Assembly (NCBI GenBank): GCA_040756235.1
Contig: JBFLZG010000041.1
Coordinates: 1 to 18,888 of the forward strand
DNA from: a bacterium
GTDB taxonomy: Bacteria; Desulfobacterota; DSWW01
Direction: 5' to 3'
DNA: 18,888 bases
A model generated the notes under the pieces. The model was given only the letters and a program-made list of their open reading frames with translations. It had not been told where the DNA came from and did not search any database. Of the stretch, positions 1 to 7,632 are shown piece after piece (positions within the stretch are counted from its first letter, which is position 1; each line of letters begins with the position of its first letter). The position numbers and the translations under genes were made by a program.

Positions 1-100
1 CCTACGCACAAGCTGCGGACGCAACGGGCCAGGCAACAGGGGACAAAAAGTCATGGTCGAGCCGGGCACCGGCCGGCCAAAGGAGAAAGGGACCCGCCCA

Positions 101-505
101 ATGGATTTCAACGTCAACATCGACGTGGATGATCTCGAGAAGGCCGTGCGCTTCTATTCTTCGGCATTCGATCTGAAGGTCGGCCGCCGTTTCGGCGCCT
201 TCGGCGTCGAATTGCTCGGAGCGTCGGCCCCTGTCTATCTGCTCGTCAAGGCCGCAGGCACGCCGGCTTCTGATGCAACCTCGCAGCGCCGGACTTACGA
301 TCGCCACTGGACGCCGGTCCATCTTGACTTTGCCGTCGAGGACATCGAACGAGCGGTCGAGAAAGCAGTTTCGGCCGGAGCCAAGCTCGAGAAACCCGTT
401 ACCACGCACAAGTGGGGCAAGCTCGCGCTCATGGCTGACCCTTTCGGTCATGGTTTCTGTCTCATCCAGTTCCTCGGGCGCGGCTACGACGCGCTTGCCC
501 CATGA
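101..505 (+). CDS. VOC/glyoxalase family protein
   Basis: N-terminal 'NIDVDDLEKAVRFY', 'VHLDFAVEDIERAVEKAVSAGA' and C-terminal 'WGKLALMADPFGHGFCL' are typical VOC motifs. ATG at 101 follows AGGAGAAAGGGA; the upstream ATG at 53 is less likely. Confidence 0.88.
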   Translation: MDFNVNIDVDDLEKAVRFYSSAFDLKVGRRFGAFGVELLGASAPVYLLVKAAGTPASDATSQRRTYDRHWTPVHLDFAVEDIERAVEKAVSAGAKLEKPVTTHKWGKLALMADPFGHGFCLIQFLGRGYDALAP

Positions 506-691
506 CATTTACCGACTGCTCGAACTCGGGTGCAAAGGGGAGAGATGAAGCTCCGAGCCCTTTCCGAGGTCGATGAGGACGCGCTCCGTCCCTTGCTGGA
601 GGATTTCGTTTCCTCCATCCCCCGGAAGCCCGCGCACCTTGGTCCCTGGAGACCGGGGATCTGCCGCAGTGCCCGAGTCTGCCTCCGCTGA
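504..691 (+). pseudogene. Probable frameshifted C-terminal remnant of a DUF1801 (YdhG-like) gene
   Basis: Reads DIYRLLELGCKGER, then in another frame MKLRALSEVDEDALRPLLEDF. This resembles the DUF1801 C-terminus (DPxxLLEGxGKxxRHVKLRxxxDxDExxLRxLL). Confidence 0.45.
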
Positions 692-851
692 ATCGTAGAG
701 TCCCACCACGTCATTTGAGACCCGCCCGCCGCCTTCCCATCGCCCGGACTGTCCGCTGCCCGGGCCATCAACCCATGACCTCGGCATCCAACAGGATCGT
801 GGATGCGTCGTAAAAGAGGGGAAATATGCGATCTTGAGCGAACGAAGGTCC

Positions 852-877
852 GCTTCCGCCCTCTTTCGGGCGGAAGC
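852..877. other. Perfect 10-bp hairpin upstream of DUF72
   Basis: GCTTCCGCCC-TCTTTC-GGGCGGAAGC, with no adjacent U-tract. Confidence 0.6.
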
Positions 878-916
878 AGCTCCGCGTTCGTGTGCAAAGC
901 TCGGAGAGGACCGAAC

Positions 917-1624
917 ATGAACCTATACGTCGGCACCAGCGGCTACTGCTACAAGGAGTGGAGGGGCACGTTCTATCCCGAAGACCTGTCCGAGAAACGG
1001 ATGCTTCACTATTACGGCGATCGATTTCGGACCGTGGAAATCAACAATACCTTCTACCGCATGCCCAAGGCGCAGGTCCTGGAGGCGTGGGCGGGCGAGG
1101 TCCCCGGCGATTTCAAGTTCGTGCTCAAGGCGCCGCAGCGGATCACGCACATTCAACGGCTCAGGGACGCAGACGATGCGGTTTCGTACCTCGTCGACGT
1201 TGCCGGGACCCTGAAGGAGCGCCTGGGGCCGCTGCTGTTCCAGCTGCCCCCGAGCCTGAAGAAGGACGTGCCGCGGCTGCGCGAGTTTCTTGCATTCCTG
1301 CCGCCTCATCGCCGCGCGGCGTTCGAGTTCCGCCATCCGTCCTGGTTCGATGAAGAGGTCTTCGAGGCGCTGCACGATCATCGGGTGGCGCTGTGCATCG
1401 CCGAGACGGAGGACGACCTCGAGGTCCCGTTCGTGGCGACAGGGGATTGGGGCTATCTGCGCTTGCGGCGTCCCGACTATGGCGATCCGGAGCTGAAGAC
1501 GTGGGTGGAGCGGGTGCTGCAACAGGACTGGCGGGATGCGTTCGTGTTCTTCAAGCACGAGGATGAAGGCAAGGCGCCGCAGATGGCCAGACGCTTTCTG
1601 GAGCTCGCCGCCCAGCCCAGCTAG
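917..1624 (+). CDS. DUF72 domain protein (YecE-like)
   Basis: Motifs LYVGTSGY, VEINNTFY, LLFQLPP, FEFRH, YLRLR. RBS GGAGAGGA before ATG 917. Confidence 0.92.
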   Translation: MNLYVGTSGYCYKEWRGTFYPEDLSEKRMLHYYGDRFRTVEINNTFYRMPKAQVLEAWAGEVPGDFKFVLKAPQRITHIQRLRDADDAVSYLVDVAGTLKERLGPLLFQLPPSLKKDVPRLREFLAFLPPHRRAAFEFRHPSWFDEEVFEALHDHRVALCIAETEDDLEVPFVATGDWGYLRLRRPDYGDPELKTWVERVLQQDWRDAFVFFKHEDEGKAPQMARRFLELAAQPS

Positions 1625-1719
1625 GCCGCAGTTTGAGCAGTTGCCCGACCCCGGCCCTTGGATTTCCGTGCCCGCGAAGGTACGATGAGAACCCTCCGGA
1701 GCGCCCCCTGGAGGAAATC

Positions 1720-2232
1720 ATGGGCGCGCAGACGGGAAAAGCCGGGAAATCGATGGGCAGCGAAAACGTCCAAGTCCAAGACCGGGCGGAAGTGATCACC
1801 CATCCGCCCGTCATTTACGCCGCCGCCTTTCTCGTCGGGCTCCTGCTGCATGCCTGGCTTCCGCTACGCTTCCTGCCCGGCGCGACGATCGTGTGGATAG
1901 CGGCCCCCCTTGTATCGATCGCCGTCTTCGTCGTGCTTTCGGCCGTGTGGGCCTTGACTCGGGCGCACACGACCTTCGATGCCCGCAAGCCCACGACCTC
2001 CATCGTTACCGGCGGGCCTTATCGGCTGACCCGGAATCCGGCCTATCTGTCGCTGACGCTGCTGTACATCGGAGTCGCGGCTCTGTTCAATTCGCTTGCC
2101 ATACTTGGAATGGTCGTACCCGCGGTCGTCGTGACGCATTTCGGCGTCATCCTGCGCGAGGAAAGCTACCTCGAGCGAAAGTTCGGGGACGAATACCGAA
2201 GGTACAAGGCACGGGTGCGTCGCTGGATCTGA
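1720..2232 (+). CDS. Isoprenylcysteine carboxylmethyltransferase (ICMT/PEMT) family membrane protein
   Basis: Hydrophobic helices, 'IVTGGPYRLTRNPAYL' and 'REESYLERKFGDEYRRYKARVRRWI'. RBS GGAGGA before ATG 1720. Confidence 0.9.
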   Translation: MGAQTGKAGKSMGSENVQVQDRAEVITHPPVIYAAAFLVGLLLHAWLPLRFLPGATIVWIAAPLVSIAVFVVLSAVWALTRAHTTFDARKPTTSIVTGGPYRLTRNPAYLSLTLLYIGVAALFNSLAILGMVVPAVVVTHFGVILREESYLERKFGDEYRRYKARVRRWI

Positions 2233-2292
2233 GGTCCGGAGCCGCAGGCGCGCTCGGGTCCTGCATCGGCCCGGCTCACGGGAGAGTCGAAG

Positions 2293-3318
2293 ATGGGTCT
2301 CATCCGAATTCTGCCTCTCTCGGCCCTTGCGATCCTGCTCTCCGTGAACATGGCATGCACGGAAGAACGAAATCCCGGCGTGATCGATCAGGAGATACTC
2401 GTCCAGGGAGAGTCGCGAACCTTCCGTCTGGTCATCCCGGCAAAGGGAACGCAGGAAAAAAGGATGCCCCTGGTCATCGCGCTTCACGGAGGGGGCACCA
2501 ACGGAAGGTCCATGGAGCGCTTTTCCGGCCTGGACGACGCTGCCGACAAGCACGGCTTCATCGTCATCTACCCTGACGGAAGCGGCAGGAAGAAAAGGAT
2601 CCTGACCTGGAACTCGGGGTCGTGCTGCGGGTTCGCCAAGAACAAGAACGTGGACGACGTCGGCTTCATCCGCGCTCTCATCGAGCTCCTGGTCGCCCGC
2701 TACGGAGCGGACCCTGCAAGGGTCTACGTGACGGGGATTTCGAACGGGGCCATGATGGCATACCGCCTGGCGGCCGAAATCCCGGACCGCATCGCCGCGG
2801 TCGCGGCGGTTGCCGGCACCCTCGAAATCGATCCGGCGCTCATCCGCGCGCCCGTCCCGGTGCTCCACTTTCACGGCACCGCTGACCCGTATGTCCCTTT
2901 CGAGGGCGGCCGCGGTCCCAGGAGCGCAGAAGGCCTCCAGTTCCGTTCGGTACCGGACACGATCGCCGTCTGGGTCCGGGCCGCCGGGGCAGACCCGGAA
3001 CCCGAGGTAGAGGAGCTGCTTGACCTGCAGGACGATGGAACAAGAGTCATCCGGTACTCCTATGGCACCAACGAGGATCCCCAGAGGGTTGTCCTTTACA
3101 AAATCGTGGGTGGCGGGCATACATGGCCGGGAAGACCCAAGGCCGAGCGTGTCCTGGGACGGGCGACCCTGGAAGTCTCCGCCAATGACCTGATGTGGGA
3201 GTTTTTTCGCCGTCATGCGAGGATCCCGACGAGCCGTGATCTGGACCGCGACAAGGAACGAGGGATCATGCCCGAGAGCGCAGAGGTGCCGGATGATACG
3301 ACTTTGCACGCAAGATGA
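2293..3318 (+). CDS. LpqP-like / PHB-depolymerase family esterase, probably exported or a lipoprotein
   Basis: Oxyanion LHGGG, WNSGSCCG, nucleophile elbow GISNG, HGTADP (Asp) and GGGHTWPG (His). The N-terminal signal ends in a lipobox-like NMAC. Confidence 0.88.
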   Translation: MGLIRILPLSALAILLSVNMACTEERNPGVIDQEILVQGESRTFRLVIPAKGTQEKRMPLVIALHGGGTNGRSMERFSGLDDAADKHGFIVIYPDGSGRKKRILTWNSGSCCGFAKNKNVDDVGFIRALIELLVARYGADPARVYVTGISNGAMMAYRLAAEIPDRIAAVAAVAGTLEIDPALIRAPVPVLHFHGTADPYVPFEGGRGPRSAEGLQFRSVPDTIAVWVRAAGADPEPEVEELLDLQDDGTRVIRYSYGTNEDPQRVVLYKIVGGGHTWPGRPKAERVLGRATLEVSANDLMWEFFRRHARIPTSRDLDRDKERGIMPESAEVPDDTTLHAR

Positions 3319-3832
3319 TCTGCGGGTCATGTACGAGGTCATCAACGACGCGGCCCAGGCTTACAGGGGGATCATTCCCGCGGACCGGTGGCATGAGCCT
3401 TACATGCCCATGGAGGAGCTCGTCTCGGAGATCGCGGACGGGGTCCGGTTCTGGGGGTTTCAGGCCGAGGGCTCGGAGCTCGTCGGGGTCATGGGGATCC
3501 AGGACCGCGGGCCGGTGCATCTCATCCGCCATGCCTACGTTCGGACCGACCTGAGGCGGAAGGGGATCGGCTCGAAGCTGCTCCGCCACCTGGAGACGAT
3601 GACCGCCTCCCCGATCCTGGTCGGTACGTGGGCGGACGCGCACTGGGCCGTCCGCTTCTACGAGCGGCACGGCTACCGATTGGTCTCGACGGAAGAGAAG
3701 GACAGGCTGCTGCGCCGATACTGGAAGATTCCCGAGCGGCAGGTGGAGACTTCCGTCGTGCTGGCAAACCCGAGATGGGCTCCCTCCCGTGCCGAGTCTC
3801 AGGGGGATCGTTCGTCTCATCCGGGTCCGTGA
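3293..3832 (+). CDS. GNAT family N-acetyltransferase
   Basis: Motif A 'YVRTDLRRKGIGSKLL' and 'AVRFYERHGY'. RBS GAGGTG before ATG 3293. Confidence 0.9.
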   Translation: MIRLCTQDDLRVMYEVINDAAQAYRGIIPADRWHEPYMPMEELVSEIADGVRFWGFQAEGSELVGVMGIQDRGPVHLIRHAYVRTDLRRKGIGSKLLRHLETMTASPILVGTWADAHWAVRFYERHGYRLVSTEEKDRLLRRYWKIPERQVETSVVLANPRWAPSRAESQGDRSSHPGP

Positions 3833-3897
3833 GCGACCCGGGTGGGACACGGCCACTGGGCTCGCGGGACCAGTGGCTCCTTGAATGGCAGACAAGA

Positions 3898-4008
3898 ATG
3901 GCTGAGAGCGACCGGCTCGACAGGCTCGACGCCTCACACCGGAATCGCGCTGCCGAGGTCCTGGCGCGGGCCTTTCAGAGCGCTCTTCTATTCGTAGGGA
4001 AGGAACGA
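3898..4008 (+). pseudogene. Probable N-terminal fragment of a second GNAT acetyltransferase
   Basis: MAESDRLDRLDASHRNRAAEVLARAFQSALLF resembles the GNAT N-terminal helix (AAEVLARAFxDDPLF). It then runs out of frame into the DUF3795 gene. Confidence 0.45.
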
Positions 4009-4009
4009 C

Positions 4010-4417
4010 ATGGATTACACTCACATGACGGCCCCTTGCGGGCTCCCCTGCTTCGAATGCTATCTGTACCTTGCAAGGGACCATGACGAGATCCGGGCAG
4101 CCGTCTCGAAGGAGCTGGGCATTCCCGGCGAGGAGGCGACCTGCAACGGGTGCCGGGAGCAGGGAGGGAAGTGCGCCCATTTTGCCGGCCGCTGCCGCGT
4201 GTACCCGTGCGCCGAAAAAAGAGGGATCCGCGTCTGTTCCGATTGCGCGGACTTCCCCTGCGATTTCTTCCAGCCGTATGCCGACCGCGCCAACCTGTGG
4301 CACAATACCAAGGTGTTCAACCTCTGCCTCATCCGCAAGATGGGGCTCGAGCGCTGGGCCAAGGAAAAGGCCAGAGGTGTGATGCAGACCTACTCGTTCG
4401 GCAAATGGACCCTGTAG
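4010..4417 (+). CDS. DUF3795 cysteine-rich (putative metal-binding) protein
   Basis: APCGLPCFEC...CNGCR...C...CRVYPCAEKRGIRVCSDCADFPC pattern. RBS GGGAAGGA. Confidence 0.85.
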   Translation: MDYTHMTAPCGLPCFECYLYLARDHDEIRAAVSKELGIPGEEATCNGCREQGGKCAHFAGRCRVYPCAEKRGIRVCSDCADFPCDFFQPYADRANLWHNTKVFNLCLIRKMGLERWAKEKARGVMQTYSFGKWTL

Positions 4418-4427
4418 CGGCCAGGCC

Positions 4428-4886
4428 ATGGAGGCGGTCATCTTCTGCGGCATCCCCGGTTCGGGAAAGACGACCTTCTACAAGGAGCGGTTCGCCGAGA
4501 CGCACATCCGGTTGAGCCTCGACACGCTCAGGACCCGCCACCGCGAGCGGATCCTGCTGGCCGCCTGCCTCGAAGCCAGGCAGCCGTTCGTGATCGACAA
4601 CACGAACGTCACCTCTGCGGAGCGCGCCCGCTACATCGCACCCGCGCGCGCGGCCGGATTCAAGGTGGCCGGCTACTTCTTCGCCTCCGACCCGAAGGCC
4701 GCCTTTGCGCGCAATCGAAAGCGGCCGGGGCGCGCGGCCGTGCCGGCGGCCGGGCTGTTCGGGGCGCAAAAGCGGCTGCAGCCGCCCGTCCCGGACGAAG
4801 GCTTCGACGTGCTCTACAGGGTGGAAGTCGTCGAGGGCAGCGGCTTCGAGGTCGCGCCGCTCACCACGAATGGTGGTGTGAAGTAA
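4428..4886 (+). CDS. AAA_33-type P-loop kinase/ATPase
   Basis: Walker A GIPGSGKTT, Walker B region VIDNTN, and C-terminal PxxxEGFD. Confidence 0.85.
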   Translation: MEAVIFCGIPGSGKTTFYKERFAETHIRLSLDTLRTRHRERILLAACLEARQPFVIDNTNVTSAERARYIAPARAAGFKVAGYFFASDPKAAFARNRKRPGRAAVPAAGLFGAQKRLQPPVPDEGFDVLYRVEVVEGSGFEVAPLTTNGGVK

Positions 4887-4922
4887 GACGGGCACGCCGC
4901 ACCCGGGAATGGGGGTCCAGCG

Positions 4923-5366
4923 ATGAGAAGGATTCGTTTCCTGGTGCCCGCAGCCGCTTTCGCATTCGCGCTTGCCGCCTGCGGCGACTCGGACGAGGCG
5001 GGCACCCCTTCGGCTCCCGACTCGCTCGTGCAGTTCGCCTTCGGCCTTCACGGCCAGCCCTTGGGTTCGAGCCGGTTCGTAGCGGCCACCGGCGATGCCA
5101 TGGTGCTCGAGAAGGCCAGGGGTGAGCTCGCCCTGCCCGCCTTTCAGCGGAGACTTCACATCCACGGGCCCCTGGCCTCCGGGGACGGCGATCACAACCA
5201 GGGCTGGAGCTGGCACTTCGTTCCCGGCGAATGGGACCTGGTCGAGCTCAGCATCGAGCTCTGCGACGGGACGCCCCGGTACGTGGAAGACCACCTCGAC
5301 GAATGGGTCGGCCAGACCTTCTGCCCCTGGTCTTCCTACGTGCTGGAGGAGCTGGACGCCGGTTGA
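4923..5366 (+). CDS. Lipoprotein with BP74-like domain
   Basis: Lipobox ALAAC. Motifs 'NQGWSWH', 'ELSIELCDGTPRYVEDHL' and 'FCPWSS' match the BP74-related family as I recall it. Confidence 0.7.
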   Translation: MRRIRFLVPAAAFAFALAACGDSDEAGTPSAPDSLVQFAFGLHGQPLGSSRFVAATGDAMVLEKARGELALPAFQRRLHIHGPLASGDGDHNQGWSWHFVPGEWDLVELSIELCDGTPRYVEDHLDEWVGQTFCPWSSYVLEELDAG

Positions 5367-5422
5367 GGAGGAGTGGCTCGGCCGCCGCTCCGCGTCCTGC
5401 GCACGGCGCTCCCGTCCGGTCG

Positions 5423-5929
5423 TTACTTCCCCAGCGAGAACCCGAACGTGATCATAGGCTCGAAGAAGTCCACCGAGTCCGCGAGCAGGTGGTACGTCAC
5501 GCCCGCCGTGAGCCCGATGAAGGGGATCGGGTGAAGGCCGATGCCCGCGCCGATGTTGAAAAGCGGGTCGGTATTCGAATCCTCGTGTTCGAAGGTCATG
5601 GTGTACGCCCCCACGCCGGCGCGCACGTAGGGAGTGACGACCACCAGTCTCTTGAACAGCGTTGCGTTCACGTCGTAAAGGTGGGTGGATTCGAGCTCCT
5701 CCCTCCCGGTGTCGTGCAGATAACGGTAGCTTACGCCTCCGGCGAGCCAGCTCGTGAACTCGTAGCCGACGTCGAGGCCGAGGCCGATCGACGGGCTATT
5801 GTCGCCCTCGGTGGGAATGGCGGCGCCCACGCTCGGGTTCAGGTAGAAGCCGCCGGCAAGGGCCCCCGAGGCCGGCGCAAGGCACAGGCAGAGGCACGCG
5901 AGAAGCAGCAGGGTCTTGAACAATTTCAT
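5423..5929 (-). CDS. Outer-membrane beta-barrel protein (OmpA/Ail-like 8-stranded type)
   Basis: Signal peptide MKLFKTLLLLACLCLCLAPASGALA, alternating beta-strands, 'TPYVRAGVGAY', and C-terminal TFGFSL. RBS AGGAGG. Confidence 0.85.
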   Translation of the reverse strand: MKLFKTLLLLACLCLCLAPASGALAGGFYLNPSVGAAIPTEGDNSPSIGLGLDVGYEFTSWLAGGVSYRYLHDTGREELESTHLYDVNATLFKRLVVVTPYVRAGVGAYTMTFEHEDSNTDPLFNIGAGIGLHPIPFIGLTAGVTYHLLADSVDFFEPMITFGFSLGK

Positions 5930-6031
5930 GGGAACCTCCTGGATCATTGGACTCGTGTACGGGTGCCAGCCCGGCATGCCCACCGATTCGAGTCTCCCGC
6001 CGGCGAAGCCGGGCCTGCTGTTCGCGCGCGA

Positions 6032-6060
6032 AGTATAAAAGAGCCCCCGGCAAGCGTCAA
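6032..6060 (-). promoter_or_regulatory. Sigma70-type promoter of the beta-barrel gene
   Basis: Minus strand TTGACG-N17-TATACT, about 100 nt upstream of ATG 5929. Confidence 0.7.
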
Positions 6061-6074
6061 TGCCCGCCGGGGGC
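6037..6074 (-). terminator. Intrinsic terminator of the ccr operon
   Basis: Minus strand GCCCCCGGCGGGC-ATTGAC-GCTTGCCGGGGGC followed by TCTTTT. Confidence 0.65.
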
Positions 6075-6100
6075 GAGGTCCTTCGAGGGTGCTCGCGTAT

Positions 6101-6127
6101 TGTAGGGGCGCTGCTTGCCGCGCCCTT
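6101..6127 (+). repeat. GTAG-type REP palindrome, copy 1
   Basis: TGTAGGGGCGCTGCTTGCCGCGCCCTT. Near-identical copies lie at 8912-8938 and 15112-15138 on the minus strand. Confidence 0.8.
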
Positions 6128-6128
6128 T

Positions 6129-6227
6129 CCGGGATCCAGGAGACTACCCATGAACCCCTGGAATCACGGGGAGCACGGACTGGATTCCGGATGTCGCCCC
6201 CGCTCCGGGGGCTGCTCCGGAATGACG
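6129..6227. repeat. CGTC-type REP doublet (REPIN-like), left unit truncated
   Basis: CCGGGATCCAG ... CTGGATTCCGGA-(internal hairpin)-TCCGGAATGACG. Same architecture as 15150-15263. Confidence 0.7.
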
Positions 6228-6295
6228 GGCTGACTGCGTCCGGACAGGGCTGCAGCCTCGGAAATCCCGCCGTGCTCGGGCTCCAGGCCCGCGGG

Positions 6296-7594
6296 TCACG
6301 CGGCCATCTTGATCCGCCTGGCCTCTTCCGCGTTCTTCAGCTCGAAAGCAGGCGCGCTCACGAGGCACGAGAACTTGCCGTGGTGCTTGTTCTGGGCCAT
6401 GAGCTCGTGCGCCAAGGGGATCTCCACCCAGGGAAACCGCCGGGTCATGACCGGCTTGATCTCGCCCGACATGACGAGCTCGTTGGCGCGGGCCGCCTGC
6501 TCGCCGTTGGCGAAGTGGCTGCCGACGATCGACTTCTGGTGCATCCACAGATAGCGCGCATCGAAGCTCAGGTCGTACCCGCTGGTCGCGCCGCAGATCA
6601 CGACCCGACCGAACCGGCGCAGCATCCACACGGAGAGCGGAAACGTGGACTTGCCCACGTGCTCGAAGACCACGTCCGGGCCCCGGTTCGTTCCGGCCTT
6701 CTGCTGGAAGTCGCGGCCGAACGCTTTCCAGTCGTCGAAGCGCGCCTTCTCCTCGGCCGGCGTCGCGTTGTCCTTCCAGAGGAGGTTGGGGTAGTTCCTG
6801 CGGTTGATGTACCCCTTGGCGCCGAGCTTCATGACGAACTCGCCCTTCTCGTCCGAGCTCACCACGCCCACGGACTCCGCGCCCATCTTCTTGATGAGCT
6901 GCGTGGCGAACACGCCCAGGCCGCCCGACGCGCCCCAGACCAGCACTTTCTCGCCAGGCTTGAGCCCGGCCCGGTCCACGAGCATCCGAAAGGCGGTGAA
7001 GTAGGTGAGCCCGTAGCTCGCGGCCTCTTCCCAGCTCAGCTGCCTGGGCTTGTGCAGGATCTGCTGGGCCTGCACCTTGGTGAACTGGGCGAAGCTCCCG
7101 TAGGGGGTCTCGTAGCCCCAGATCTTCTGGCTCTGGCACATCATCGGGTCGTAGCCCACGCACTGCCCGCAGTACGTGTCGCAGGACTGGTTGCAGTGCA
7201 GCACCACCTCGTCGCCCGGCCTCCAGTGCTTCACGCCCTCGCCCACCTTCCAGACGATGCCCGAAGCGTCGGAGCCGGCGATGTGGAAGTCCTTCCCCGT
7301 GACCCTGAGGACCGAGACCGGTTTTCCCCTGCCCGCCCAGATGCCGTTGAAGTTCACGCCGGCCGCCATGACCAGGACCAGGGCCTCGTTGGAACCGATC
7401 TCCGGAACGTCCATCAACTCCTGCTGGAACGACTGCGCAGGCTCCCCGAAACGCTCCTCCCGGATCACCCAGGCGTGCATCTTCTCCGGCAGGACGCCCA
7501 GGGGGGGCACTGTCCCGATGGGCACCGAGGGGACCCTCTGGTAAGACATGTACTTAGATTCCTCACGGGTCATCTCTTCCGCCTTTTTGGTCAT
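6296..7594 (-). CDS. ccrA: Crotonyl-CoA carboxylase/reductase
   Basis: PLGxxPEKMHAWVIREERFGEP, VMAAGVNFNGIWA, HIAGSDASGIVW, IWGYET, WGASGGLG, LWMHQKSIVGSHFAN. The Asn, aromatic-Glu and His residues used for CO2 binding are present. RBS GGAGG. Confidence 0.93.
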   Translation of the reverse strand: MTKKAEEMTREESKYMSYQRVPSVPIGTVPPLGVLPEKMHAWVIREERFGEPAQSFQQELMDVPEIGSNEALVLVMAAGVNFNGIWAGRGKPVSVLRVTGKDFHIAGSDASGIVWKVGEGVKHWRPGDEVVLHCNQSCDTYCGQCVGYDPMMCQSQKIWGYETPYGSFAQFTKVQAQQILHKPRQLSWEEAASYGLTYFTAFRMLVDRAGLKPGEKVLVWGASGGLGVFATQLIKKMGAESVGVVSSDEKGEFVMKLGAKGYINRRNYPNLLWKDNATPAEEKARFDDWKAFGRDFQQKAGTNRGPDVVFEHVGKSTFPLSVWMLRRFGRVVICGATSGYDLSFDARYLWMHQKSIVGSHFANGEQAARANELVMSGEIKPVMTRRFPWVEIPLAHELMAQNKHHGKFSCLVSAPAFELKNAEEARRIKMAA

Positions 7595-7632
7595 GATCTA
7601 AACCTCCGATCAAACAGCGTAGTTCCGCAGCT

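Noticed and set aside
101..505. VOC protein as the missing ethylmalonyl/methylmalonyl-CoA epimerase
   Set aside because: It lacks the epimerase HIGIAV and IELLEP metal motifs, is a generic glyoxalase-like protein, and is far from the operon.
826..877. ATG-CGA-TCT-TGA followed by a hairpin, a possible selenocysteine/SECIS signal
   Set aside because: Readthrough leads into the shadow frame 892-1353 overlapping DUF72, with no selenoprotein-like context.
2293..3318. Functional link between the PHB-depolymerase-like esterase and the ccr operon
   Set aside because: It is on the opposite strand and separated by unrelated genes, and this family has broad, mostly unknown substrates.
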